Source: an uncultured Clostridia bacterium
Lineage (GTDB): Bacteria; Bacillota; Clostridia; Christensenellales; UBA1242
Assembly: GCA_947630745.1 (NCBI GenBank)
Contig: CANRIT010000002.1
Coordinates: 36,474 to 100,473 of the forward strand
Reading direction: 5' to 3'
Length of the DNA stretch: 64,000 nucleotides
Shown piece after piece: positions 40,540 to 49,479 of this stretch (positions are counted from its first letter, which is position 1; each line of letters opens with the position of its first letter). The notes under the pieces were generated by a model. The model was not told the origin of the DNA. It saw only the letters and a list, made by a program, of their open reading frames with translations, and searched no databases. The translations under genes were made by a program, and so were the position numbers.

Positions 40540-41139
40540 CTATAATATTTCATTCCAGTTTTTTAACAACTTTAAGTCTGCATTCCTTTGATAATCTTGA
40601 TTATATTTTGTACAGAACAAGATCACATCAATTCCAAGATACTGTTTAATTTCGATACAATTTTTATAAGAGTCATCAATAAACAAATCACATTTATATC
40701 TATCAACCATATCTCTTTTTTCTTTGTTGCCGATATCAAGCGTATCAAAAGTTATTTTGTTTTTGATTAGCCAATTTTTTGTAATGGCATAAACATCTTG
40801 TTTGTCGCTATAGTGCCTTGCGGAAATAATATGTATTTCATTGTTCATATTATGCAATTTTAACAAAATTTTTTTTACATTTTTTAATGGTTTAACTTTG
40901 TCAAGATAATATGGGTAGCAAGTTTGAAAAAATTTTGTTACATCATCATTATTCCAACCTAGTTCTAAGGCAAAATAGAAATAATCATCAACATTAGAAA
41001 GTTTATTTTTTTTATATTTTCGCTTTAAAACTTTTAAATGAAAATTTTTTGCAAATTTTTTGATAACTTTTGATGTGTTACAAATAGTATCATCTAAATC
41101 AATCGCTATCTTTTTATTATTATACATCATTCGCTCCAC
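40540..41139 (-). CDS. HAD-family 5'(3')-nucleotidase-like protein
   Basis: IAIDLDDTI motif I, IISAR motif II, DLFIDD motif IV. Confidence 0.85.
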   Translation of the reverse strand: MERMMYNNKKIAIDLDDTICNTSKVIKKFAKNFHLKVLKRKYKKNKLSNVDDYFYFALELGWNNDDVTKFFQTCYPYYLDKVKPLKNVKKILLKLHNMNNEIHIISARHYSDKQDVYAITKNWLIKNKITFDTLDIGNKEKRDMVDRYKCDLFIDDSYKNCIEIKQYLGIDVILFCTKYNQDYQRNADLKLLKNWNEIL

Positions 41140-41792
41140 TATGTCAATACTTTTAATAATTTTTTACTATATTTTTTGGCTTTCTTCTTTAGATATCTTT
41201 TTTTATTTGGATTTGCTAACTTATAGCCTAAATACATTTCACCAGCTAAAAAATTAACCGGATTTACATACAAATTATCCAAAATTATATTAATATCTTT
41301 TAAATTTGATTCAAAAACATTATGAAGCATTGTTAAAATTTCAAACCACGCTTTTTCTTCGTAATATTTATCATTTATTACTTTTCCACAGCTTTTGTGG
41401 TCGGTTGTTAAAATATTTAAAAATAATCGTTTTTTCATTTCGGGAGAATTTAAGAACTCTTTGCTTTTAACTATATCATGATAAATATACTCCCCTTTAG
41501 AATTTCTAAAAGGAGAATCAGTAAAAACGTTTTCAACTTCTTTCTTTGTATAAATTAATTTATTACTAAAAGGTATCTCTTCATCAATTTTTAAATTTTT
41601 GCTTTTTTGAAAATTTTTAGTTGTAAAAATTAATTGTTCTTTTTCTTTTTGTGTTAATTCATCTTCTACGATTAAACATAAATCTAAATCGCTGGAACTA
41701 CAGTCGTAAATATTTGAACCATAGAATATTACTTGTACTTTGGGGATAACTTTTTTAATCTCATGCAAATAGGCTTTACAAAGACCATTCAT
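41139..41792 (-). CDS. Pol-beta-like nucleotidyltransferase domain protein
   Basis: FYGS...SSDLDLCLIV (GS-x-DxD). Confidence 0.7.
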   Translation of the reverse strand: MNGLCKAYLHEIKKVIPKVQVIFYGSNIYDCSSSDLDLCLIVEDELTQKEKEQLIFTTKNFQKSKNLKIDEEIPFSNKLIYTKKEVENVFTDSPFRNSKGEYIYHDIVKSKEFLNSPEMKKRLFLNILTTDHKSCGKVINDKYYEEKAWFEILTMLHNVFESNLKDINIILDNLYVNPVNFLAGEMYLGYKLANPNKKRYLKKKAKKYSKKLLKVLT

Positions 41793-43248
41793 TTAATACC
41801 TCTTTACCAACTTTTTCTACATAAGTCACCATCTCTTTTAGTGTTTTATTTGTTATATTTGGGTTGCCAGACATATATCGTAATGGATATAATATTTCAT
41901 CTTTTTTAATTACTCCCAAATCATCATCTAATGAAAATTGATGTAAATGAAATTCCCCATCTTTATAAATTCTATCATGAATCTCTTTATTTACTTTATT
42001 TAATAAATCGATATTTGTTTTTATTTTTGCTGGTGCATACATAAAAACTACTGAATTCATTTCCACATTATTTAATAAAACTAAGTTGTCGCTGGTCAAA
42101 ATCATTTGTTTTAAATTTTGAGCCATATGCATTCGTTCTTCTATCATCTTAGCAATACCGTTCAATCCCAAGTTTTGGAGTACAAACCATAATTTTAATG
42201 AAACCCAACTTTTCGAACCTATGAAAGGTGTAATTTGCCCAAAAGCATAATCTTCTTGCATAATTAAGTCGGAAGTTGAAGTTATTAATTTAAATTTTTG
42301 TGGATTTTTAACTAGCAAAGCGCTTAAACAATATGGAAGATCTAAAACTTTATGAGGATCGGTTGAAATACTGTCAAATTTTTCTATACCTTTAATTCTT
42401 TGTTTTAATTTGCTACTAAATGCTAGTGAAAACCCATGACAAGCATCAGCGTGCAACCAAATATTTTCATCTATAGATTTAACCAAATTATAGACATCTT
42501 CCAAATTTTCAATAGTCATTGTTCTACTGTCTCCAACGTAAGCGACAACACACATAACTTTGCCTTTGTTTTTTATTAATATTTTTTTTAACGCATCTAA
42601 ATCATATTTAAATGCTTTAGTTTCAACTTCGATTACATTCTTGCCAACACCAAGCCACATGCAAGCACTTTTAATGCTATAATGCCCTATACCTTTTGGA
42701 ATTATAGTTATAAACTCATCGGGATTTGTAACACCATGTTCCATTGTTTTATTTCGATGATTTTCTCTAGCCAACATAATAGCGGTTGTATTACTACCGG
42801 TTCCTCCATAAGTAATGATGCCACCGACATCCCAAATGTTATTAATTTTACTTGTAGTATAGCCTAAAACCTTTCTTAAGCAATTAATCACCGCTATCTC
42901 TATATATGTTGCTATTGGAGCACAAAATGTGCTATTTATCAAATTTTGTTGCAATAAGTCGGCATAAATAGATCCTACTAAACCAGCAATTGAATTGCCC
43001 GCATCAGGGAAACTCATAAATTTTTCATTGCTGAAATTAGAACAATACGGCATTATTTCATTGTTAAATAAAGTAACTAATTTCTCAATTTCAACCCCAT
43101 TTTTTGATATTTTTAAGAGATCATCTTTTTTTTCTTTTTTAAAAATCTTCTTCAAAAATTTTTGATCAACCTTAAAATCTATACCATTGTTAACTACTTC
43201 GTTTAATATTTTTTTACATTTATCTTTATTATCGTTATTAATAAACAA
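41776..43248 (-). CDS. Group II PLP-dependent decarboxylase (GAD/DDC/DABA-decarboxylase family)
   Basis: GGIITYGGTGSN, HYSIK, WLHADACHG, DSISTDPHK. Confidence 0.92.
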   Translation of the reverse strand: MFINNDNKDKCKKILNEVVNNGIDFKVDQKFLKKIFKKEKKDDLLKISKNGVEIEKLVTLFNNEIMPYCSNFSNEKFMSFPDAGNSIAGLVGSIYADLLQQNLINSTFCAPIATYIEIAVINCLRKVLGYTTSKINNIWDVGGIITYGGTGSNTTAIMLARENHRNKTMEHGVTNPDEFITIIPKGIGHYSIKSACMWLGVGKNVIEVETKAFKYDLDALKKILIKNKGKVMCVVAYVGDSRTMTIENLEDVYNLVKSIDENIWLHADACHGFSLAFSSKLKQRIKGIEKFDSISTDPHKVLDLPYCLSALLVKNPQKFKLITSTSDLIMQEDYAFGQITPFIGSKSWVSLKLWFVLQNLGLNGIAKMIEERMHMAQNLKQMILTSDNLVLLNNVEMNSVVFMYAPAKIKTNIDLLNKVNKEIHDRIYKDGEFHLHQFSLDDDLGVIKKDEILYPLRYMSGNPNITNKTLKEMVTYVEKVGKEVLNEWSL

Positions 43249-43386
43249 TTTACCTCCTTAATACAATGATTAAACCATAATGTCAATTTTTAAAATATAC
43301 TACAGAATAGATTTATGAAATTATTATACCATAAAAGAATTCGAAATCAATCGTTTTTTTTTAAATTTTTTAAATTTGACATCCTG

Positions 43387-43443
43387 GCGTGTGCTTGTCT
43401 TGTAACAAGTGGCGTCGCTACGCTCCGCCAGACAAGCACACGC
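43387..43443. repeat. Branched palindrome containing the motif of the 43971-44132 array
   Basis: GCGTGTGCTTGTC...GACAAGCACACGC outer stem with internal TGGCG/CGCCA stem and TCGCTACGCTC loop. Confidence 0.8.
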
Positions 43444-43850
43444 AAGGCATTTCAAAACCGCTTGAATGGAATTTAGAAAGGCGTTCGCTAGCTGAAGCAA
43501 AAGCGAAACGCCTTTTTCTCTAAATTCTTAATTATTCAAGCAAATTCGGTTGTGGATAAAAAAGATACGATTGCTAATTTTTTTCGAAAATTATTAAAAA
43601 TCATTTAAATTTTAAATAAAATTAGTGTAAAAAAGTCATATTTTATAAAATTTTTACAAAAAATGTGTGATAAAATGTTTTTGAAGTTAAAAAAGAACAC
43701 GCAAAAATGACAAGCCGAGTTTTTAATATATAGTGTTTGAAATACAAAGTTTTGCTTGGAACTTATAAACAAGTCAGTGGTTGCATTTTAAGGCGTAGAT
43801 TAGAAAATTTTTCTATCTATGTCCTTTTTTAATTCCTATTAGGAGTTGAG

Positions 43851-43970
43851 ATGAAAAAACAGCCACAAGTTATTTTTACAAATGAATTAAACCCTGCCAT
43901 TTTTGATGAGTATTTTTATAAGAAAATTTTAGAACAAATTTTAGAAATAAAAAGCAAACTGGGATTCTGA
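43851..43970 (+). CDS. Small 39-aa ORF upstream of the recombinase (MKKQPQVIFTNELNPAIFDEYFYKKILEQILEIKSKLGF)
   Basis: AGGAG RBS and ATG; not in the ORF track; stop abuts the repeat array. Confidence 0.5.
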   Translation: MKKQPQVIFTNELNPAIFDEYFYKKILEQILEIKSKLGF

Positions 43971-44132
43971 CGTGTGCTTGTCTTGATACAAGTAGAACTC
44001 GTTATTGAGATTCACACGTGTGCTTGTCTTGATACAAGTGATTTCCACTAAGTGAGATTCTGGCGTGTCCTTGTCTTGAAACAAGTAGAAACAAAATTTG
44101 CAACCTACACGTGTGCTTGTCTTGATACAAGT
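43971..44132. repeat. Four 23-bp direct repeats with 23-24-bp interspaces
   Basis: CGTGTGCTTGTCTTGATACAAGT at 43971, 44017, 44064 (2 mismatches) and 44110. Confidence 0.9.
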
Positions 44133-44168
44133 ATATGTCTTTCGCAAGCGAAGTTTAAACAAAAACTC

Positions 44169-44216
44169 TTTTTAGTCAAGGGTAAAATGTATTGCAAGGC
44201 AACCCTTGACTAAAAA
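44169..44216. promoter_or_regulatory. 15-bp perfect inverted repeat upstream of the recombinase
   Basis: TTTTTAGTCAAGGGT ... ACCCTTGACTAAAAA. Confidence 0.7.
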
Positions 44217-44317
44217 ATGAAAATCACAAATTTAATTATACTAAACCATTTTTGTTTGTTTCGCTTGTGTCGAAAGACAAATTAAAAAATTTAATAAATA
44301 GAAAAGGAGTATTTAAG

Positions 44318-45799
44318 ATGAAAACAGCAGTAATATATGCAAGGTATTCAAGTGATAATCAAACCGAACAATCTATTGAAGGTCAACTAAGAGTGTGTGA
44401 AGAATATGCCAAATCTCATGACATATTAATTTTAAACACATACATAGACCGAGCAATGACAGGCACAAACGACAACCGCCCAGATTTTCAACAAATGATA
44501 AAGGACAGTAGCAAAAAAGATTGGCAATATATTTTAGTGTACAAGATTGATAGATTTTCACGAAATAAATATGAGATTGCAAAATACAAAAAGATTTTAA
44601 AAGACAATAATGTGAAATTACTTTCAGCAATGGAGAACATCCCAGATACGCCAGAAGGAATAATATTAGAATCCTTACTTGAGGGTATGGCGGAGTACTA
44701 TTCAGCCGAACTTGCACAAAAAATTAGGCGTGGTATGCACGAAACAAGATTAAAAGGCAATTTTCAAGGCGGATATGTGCCTTATGGATACAAACTTGAT
44801 GGCAAAAAATTGATAATAGATGAAGAAAAAGCGGAAGTGGTTAGATATATTTTCAAACAATATTCACTAGGCACTTATGTTAAAGATATTATTAAATCTC
44901 TTACAAATATGCACATTTTAAACAAGGGAAAACCTTTTGTTAGGAATACAATTTATATGATTTTGAAAAATGAAAAATATTCGGGAATTTACAAATTTAA
45001 CGACGAGATATATGAAAACACATATCCACAAATAGTTTCGCCAGAGATATATCAAAAAGTTAAAAATAAAATTAATATGAACAAATATGGCAAACGAAGT
45101 GTTGATGTGGTTTATTTGTTAAGAAACAAACTTGTATGTGGTTATTGCGGAATGCCAATAAGTGCAGAAGGCGGAACTGCAAGAGATGGAACTAAAAAGC
45201 ACTATTATAAATGCCTGGGAAGAAAACGAAATAATGGTTGCAAAAAAGCAACAATAAGCAAAGAAACATTAGAAAATTTTGTAATTGAAAGCATAACAAA
45301 TGTTTTAAATTCGCCAAAATACATTGACACTTTAATAACCAATCTAATGAAATTACAAGAACATTCAACAGAAACAAATTTAACATTGAAAACGCTGTTG
45401 AACGAGCAAAAAGAAGCGAAAACAATTTTAAACAACATTATGAAAGCGATTGAAAGTGGAATCATAAACAAAACAACAAATCAACGGATGAAAGAGTTGG
45501 AAACGCAAATAGAAGAATTAGAAAAATTGATTTTAATTGAAAAGAATAAAACAAATGTAAAGTTATCTAAACAAGAAATTAAAGAATATTACATACAAGC
45601 AATAAAGCTTGAACCCAAAATGCTTATAGATTACGCAATTAAAGAAATTAAAGCATTTGATGACCAAATTGATATTACATTTAACAGCCCATTAAAAAGT
45701 CCTGAAAATCATCAGGGCTTTTTTCTTTTCAGTTTTACAAAAAATTTACATAGCAAAAATTTGAAAAACAATAACATACTTGTAAAATTCTTTGCATAG
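44318..45799 (+). CDS. Large serine recombinase (resolvase + recombinase + Zn-ribbon + coiled coil)
   Basis: VIYARYSS catalytic Ser, SIEGQ, YKIDRFSRN, PYGY, LVCGYCG...YYKC. Confidence 0.96.
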   Translation: MKTAVIYARYSSDNQTEQSIEGQLRVCEEYAKSHDILILNTYIDRAMTGTNDNRPDFQQMIKDSSKKDWQYILVYKIDRFSRNKYEIAKYKKILKDNNVKLLSAMENIPDTPEGIILESLLEGMAEYYSAELAQKIRRGMHETRLKGNFQGGYVPYGYKLDGKKLIIDEEKAEVVRYIFKQYSLGTYVKDIIKSLTNMHILNKGKPFVRNTIYMILKNEKYSGIYKFNDEIYENTYPQIVSPEIYQKVKNKINMNKYGKRSVDVVYLLRNKLVCGYCGMPISAEGGTARDGTKKHYYKCLGRKRNNGCKKATISKETLENFVIESITNVLNSPKYIDTLITNLMKLQEHSTETNLTLKTLLNEQKEAKTILNNIMKAIESGIINKTTNQRMKELETQIEELEKLILIEKNKTNVKLSKQEIKEYYIQAIKLEPKMLIDYAIKEIKAFDDQIDITFNSPLKSPENHQGFFLFSFTKNLHSKNLKNNNILVKFFA

Positions 45800-45960
45800 T
45801 GGCTATTTATTCCATGGTGAACTTGACAAGAGAACTCTGGAATGATTTTAACCCCATTAATAAGGCAAAGAAGAAGCATTATGCTATCTCCTTTGCCTTT
45901 GTGATATTATTTTTCATTCCATCTCTTGTCAAGCACCTTTCACGGCATAAAACCGCCACC

Positions 45961-46662
45961 TTACTTTGTGCATTTTATATTTTCAAAATTAATAGATTTG
46001 ATAAGTTTTTTAAAAGTTAACATACATTTATTGTAGTTATCGCATGTCAATGCCGGGTTATTATATATTGTGAAGTTCATTAACCTAATATGTATATCAT
46101 TTCTTATATCAATTAAATTTTCTAATATTTTTATTTGTCTTTCAGTTAAATTTATAATATTCAACTCTTCTAATCTAGTTAATAGCTTTTTTAAATCATA
46201 TGCTTGGCTTTTGTTTATAAGATAATTACATTTCTTTTGATTTCTACACTTTGAGCAAAAATCCCTATAGCGTTGAGCTAATTCATTTAATATAGCCTCC
46301 AAAATAATTGCTAAGTTTATACTTTCATAATAAAAATATACTTTTTTCATCTGACCAAAAATATAAAATCTTGTATTAAAATAATGCGTTAAATCAGAAT
46401 ATTGCATTAAATACGCAATATTGCTTTGATGTTGATAATTATCTGTTATTTTTGCCAAATTATATTGTTCAATAAATTCTTCTTTTTTTCTAATATATTC
46501 TCTAGGAATTGTTATTCTATTACCCTCCATAACTGGGAAAAGACGTCTTTCTAAATCACTCAATTCGGAAAGATATATTGTTTCGTTTCTCTTCAACAAC
46601 ATCGATATAGTGCTGTTATTATCTATAATTTTACGCTCTGCTTCCTTTGATAATTTTTTCAT
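45961..46662 (-). CDS. Hypothetical protein, possible HEPN-like nuclease
   Basis: 233 aa; IILEAIL helix and IRNDIH motif near the C-terminus. Confidence 0.5.
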   Translation of the reverse strand: MKKLSKEAERKIIDNNSTISMLLKRNETIYLSELSDLERRLFPVMEGNRITIPREYIRKKEEFIEQYNLAKITDNYQHQSNIAYLMQYSDLTHYFNTRFYIFGQMKKVYFYYESINLAIILEAILNELAQRYRDFCSKCRNQKKCNYLINKSQAYDLKKLLTRLEELNIINLTERQIKILENLIDIRNDIHIRLMNFTIYNNPALTCDNYNKCMLTFKKLIKSINFENIKCTK

Positions 46663-46668
46663 CTAATT

Positions 46669-46697
46669 ATTATATTTTACTTTGCTCTAAAAGTCAA
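46669..46697 (-). promoter_or_regulatory. Near-consensus promoter for 45961..46662 (probably leaderless)
   Basis: TTGACT, 17 bp spacer, TATAAT ending 6 nt before the ATG; no RBS. Confidence 0.6.
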
Positions 46698-46743
46698 ATA
46701 AAAAACCTAAATCAAACTTTTGTGGTTCAATTTAGGTTTAGAG

Positions 46744-46820
46744 TGGTTGCGGGGGTTGGATTTGAACCAACGACCTTCGGGTTATGAGCCCGACGAGCTG
46801 CCGTGCTGCTCCACCCCGCG
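46744..46820 (-). tRNA. tRNA-Met(CAT), initiator type (fMet)
   Basis: CGCGGGG...CCCCGCAACCA with C1:A72 mismatch, GGG/CCC in the anticodon stem, CAT anticodon, TTCAAAT T-loop; promoter TTGACA-17-TACACT at 46838-46866. Confidence 0.97.
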
Positions 46821-47332
46821 ATATGAAGTACAATTGTAGTGTACTACATATTATATGTTTTGTCAAGAGAAAATGTAAAAAAATTTTAAATTATAGTTCT
46901 TTTAATGCAAAAATTAAGAAAAAGGTGGATAATTTTAAACTTTTTTGCACTTTTTGTGAGACTTTGCCTGCACCAATTTGTTAATAATAGCATATTTCTT
47001 CGCTTCAATTGAAACGGATAATTTGGGGAATGTTAAGTTTATAGCGTTGGATGAATATCAAAACAATGCGCAAGGGAAGCTGGACAATGAGGGGCATATT
47101 GATATAAATGTGACGCCGCAAAAATTTGAAATTTACTATATTAAACCATTAAAATTTTAAAAGCAAGCCGTTGGGGCTTGTTTTTTTATTTGCGGAATTA
47201 CCGCGTGGCGCAAACTAGTTTACCTTTAAAAACACTTCTTTGTTTCAATAATATTACAATCCACACAATTTAACTCTTATTTATCTTTAAATGTGTATTT
47301 TTTTGTGCATTAAAATTTTGACAAAATAAATA

Positions 47333-49342
47333 CTAGTCGGTTAGATAAAAAGTGCAAGAGTTTAGTTTGGTGCGGGTTAGTTTAAAAGTGGTGCCGTCGG
47401 GCATTTTGTAGGTGTAGCCGTCTTTGTAAGGGCATGCGGTGCAATTTGCATTGAGGTGGTTTTTAAACGGGCAGTGTTTAAGAGTCATATATGGCATTTT
47501 TGTTATATCCCCCATAAGGGTATTTTCTGCCACCATATAAGGCGAGTCAAAATACTGCGCGGAAACTTTGTTGTAGATATTAAGCCCCGCTCCAGCAATC
47601 TTTTTGTTTGGATATTTAAAGCCATACAAATTGTTTACTACTATACCCAGACGGGTATCTGACAAAATATCATCAAGCAGTTTTAAATCGTCCCTATCCA
47701 CATAAACAGGCAGATTTAAATAAGGTTGTTTGTTTAAATTTTGGCAGTTGTCAACAAATTTTTTTATATCATCCTTTAAAAATTCTTGCGGAGAATAGAT
47801 TACAATTTCTTCCTTTATCGTCCCAAAATCAGCCAAATTTTTAATAATTTTTGCATTTTTAAGCGGTTTTACATCAAATTTTTCATCAATTTCAACAAAT
47901 TTTAAATTTTTATTGGTCTCATAAGCTGCATAAATTTCATCCAAAACCTTGCGCCTAAATGCGTTAAGTTTGCTTTTGACGATAAAAGCATTTGAAGTGG
48001 TGATTTTTAAATTGACATCAAAAAGTTCGCTCTTATTAAAGTTTTCTCTTAGTTCGCGCTCGGTTATTGGTTGGCTTTTTGCTTGTTCCACCACATCCCC
48101 CACTGGGGTATATTTTTTGCTATCTACTTTAAAAGTTGCAGTTATGTTTTTGTTTGGCACAACTAACAATTCTACATCAATTTGTCTCCGCTTTGTTAAT
48201 GCCAAAATTTCTTTTTCTTTTGCTGCATCCAAAATTATATTAACCCGCTGCCCCACTTTTAATTTAGTGGTTGTGGTAAAACTAAATTTGCCGTCCGCTT
48301 GCCTAATATCGAAAGGCGACACAACTGCAATTTCTTTGCCATTTTCAAAAATTTTAAAACTGCTTTCCGCACTTACCTTATAGTTGGATTCCACCACCAC
48401 TTCGTCAAATTTTTTGCCCGAATTAATTTTTACAATCTTTCCAATTTCCGCGCCAATGTTTGCCGCGTGCTTGGAAATAATTTTGCCATTGCCATCAAAA
48501 TATGCCGGGGTAAAATCGCGATTAAACGCAATTTTTAGGTCAGTTAAATCTTTATTAATTTCTCCATCAAGTGCTGACCGATAATATTTTGTTGCGGTGT
48601 AAACATAATACGGCCGCCTTGCCCTGCCTTCAATTTTAAGCGATGTCACCCCCGCCCTTTCAAGGTCGCGCAAATTGTTAAGCATGCAAATATCCTTTGC
48701 GCTAAGCAGATTTCCGCTTGCCACCGTTTTGCCATTAAACATCATTTTGTAAGGCAGCCGACAAAGCTGTTTACATTTGCCACGATTTCCGCTTAGCCCC
48801 AACTTGTAACTGCTTAAATAACAGTTGCCCGAAAAACTCACACACAGCGCGCCATGCACAAAATATTCAATTTCCACCTTGCTGTTTTTGTGGATGTTTT
48901 CAATTTCGTCAAGCGGCGTTTCGCGTGCAAGCACAACTCGCTTAATGCCAAGTTTTTCTGCCTGTCTAACCCCTTCCAAGTTATGAATTCCCATTTGCGT
49001 GCTGGCATGCACAACAATTTGCGGATAATATTTATGAATTAAATAAGCAAGCCCAATATCTTGCACAATAAACGCATCCACCCCAATGTTATAAGCATCA
49101 ACCACCAACTTTAACGCATCGCCAAGCTCTTCATCCGTAAACAAAATATTGACGGTCAAATGCACTTTAACCCCAAAAATATGCGCAAAAATAACGGCGT
49201 CTTTTAACGAAGATAAATTAAAGCCTTCAATGTTGCGCGCGTTAAAATCTTTAACACCCAAATACACCTCGTCCGCGCCCGCATAAACCGCCGCACGCAA
49301 ACTCGCCATATCGCCCGCTGGGGATAAAAGTTTCATTTTCAT
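47333..49342 (-). CDS. U32-family protein (RNA hydroxylase, long RlhA-like form)
   Basis: LLSPAG, GADEVY, HASTQM, VVLARE, FVHGALCVSFSGNC, NRGKCKQLCR, LKIEGR. Confidence 0.9.
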   Translation of the reverse strand: MKMKLLSPAGDMASLRAAVYAGADEVYLGVKDFNARNIEGFNLSSLKDAVIFAHIFGVKVHLTVNILFTDEELGDALKLVVDAYNIGVDAFIVQDIGLAYLIHKYYPQIVVHASTQMGIHNLEGVRQAEKLGIKRVVLARETPLDEIENIHKNSKVEIEYFVHGALCVSFSGNCYLSSYKLGLSGNRGKCKQLCRLPYKMMFNGKTVASGNLLSAKDICMLNNLRDLERAGVTSLKIEGRARRPYYVYTATKYYRSALDGEINKDLTDLKIAFNRDFTPAYFDGNGKIISKHAANIGAEIGKIVKINSGKKFDEVVVESNYKVSAESSFKIFENGKEIAVVSPFDIRQADGKFSFTTTTKLKVGQRVNIILDAAKEKEILALTKRRQIDVELLVVPNKNITATFKVDSKKYTPVGDVVEQAKSQPITERELRENFNKSELFDVNLKITTSNAFIVKSKLNAFRRKVLDEIYAAYETNKNLKFVEIDEKFDVKPLKNAKIIKNLADFGTIKEEIVIYSPQEFLKDDIKKFVDNCQNLNKQPYLNLPVYVDRDDLKLLDDILSDTRLGIVVNNLYGFKYPNKKIAGAGLNIYNKVSAQYFDSPYMVAENTLMGDITKMPYMTLKHCPFKNHLNANCTACPYKDGYTYKMPDGTTFKLTRTKLNSCTFYLTD

Positions 49343-49479
49343 GCAAAAATTATATCACATTCCCCGCATTTTTGCAATAAAAATCAAAAAATATCTAAAT
49401 CTGTTAGATTTTTCGCGTAAAAACACTAATTTTATAAAAAACCTAAATATTGTGCTTAGAAATTTATTGTAAAAAAATT

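Larger units (their letters stand above)
31696..46768. mobile_element. Genomic island(s) integrated at the tRNA-fMet 3' end
   Basis: 25-bp tRNA-end duplications at 31696, 33088 and 46744; low-GC cargo; large serine recombinase near the tRNA. Confidence 0.82.

Noticed and set aside
43971-44132. Bona fide CRISPR array
   Set aside because: Only four repeats, short and partly similar interspaces, no cas genes or leader; kept as an unexplained array instead
43941-44162. 73-aa minus-strand ORF with repeated TCIKTSTRV
   Set aside because: Periodicity comes from the DNA repeat (46+47 = 93 nt); no RBS
46978-47160. 60-aa ORF followed by a terminator
   Set aside because: No RBS or family signal; possibly a gene fragment
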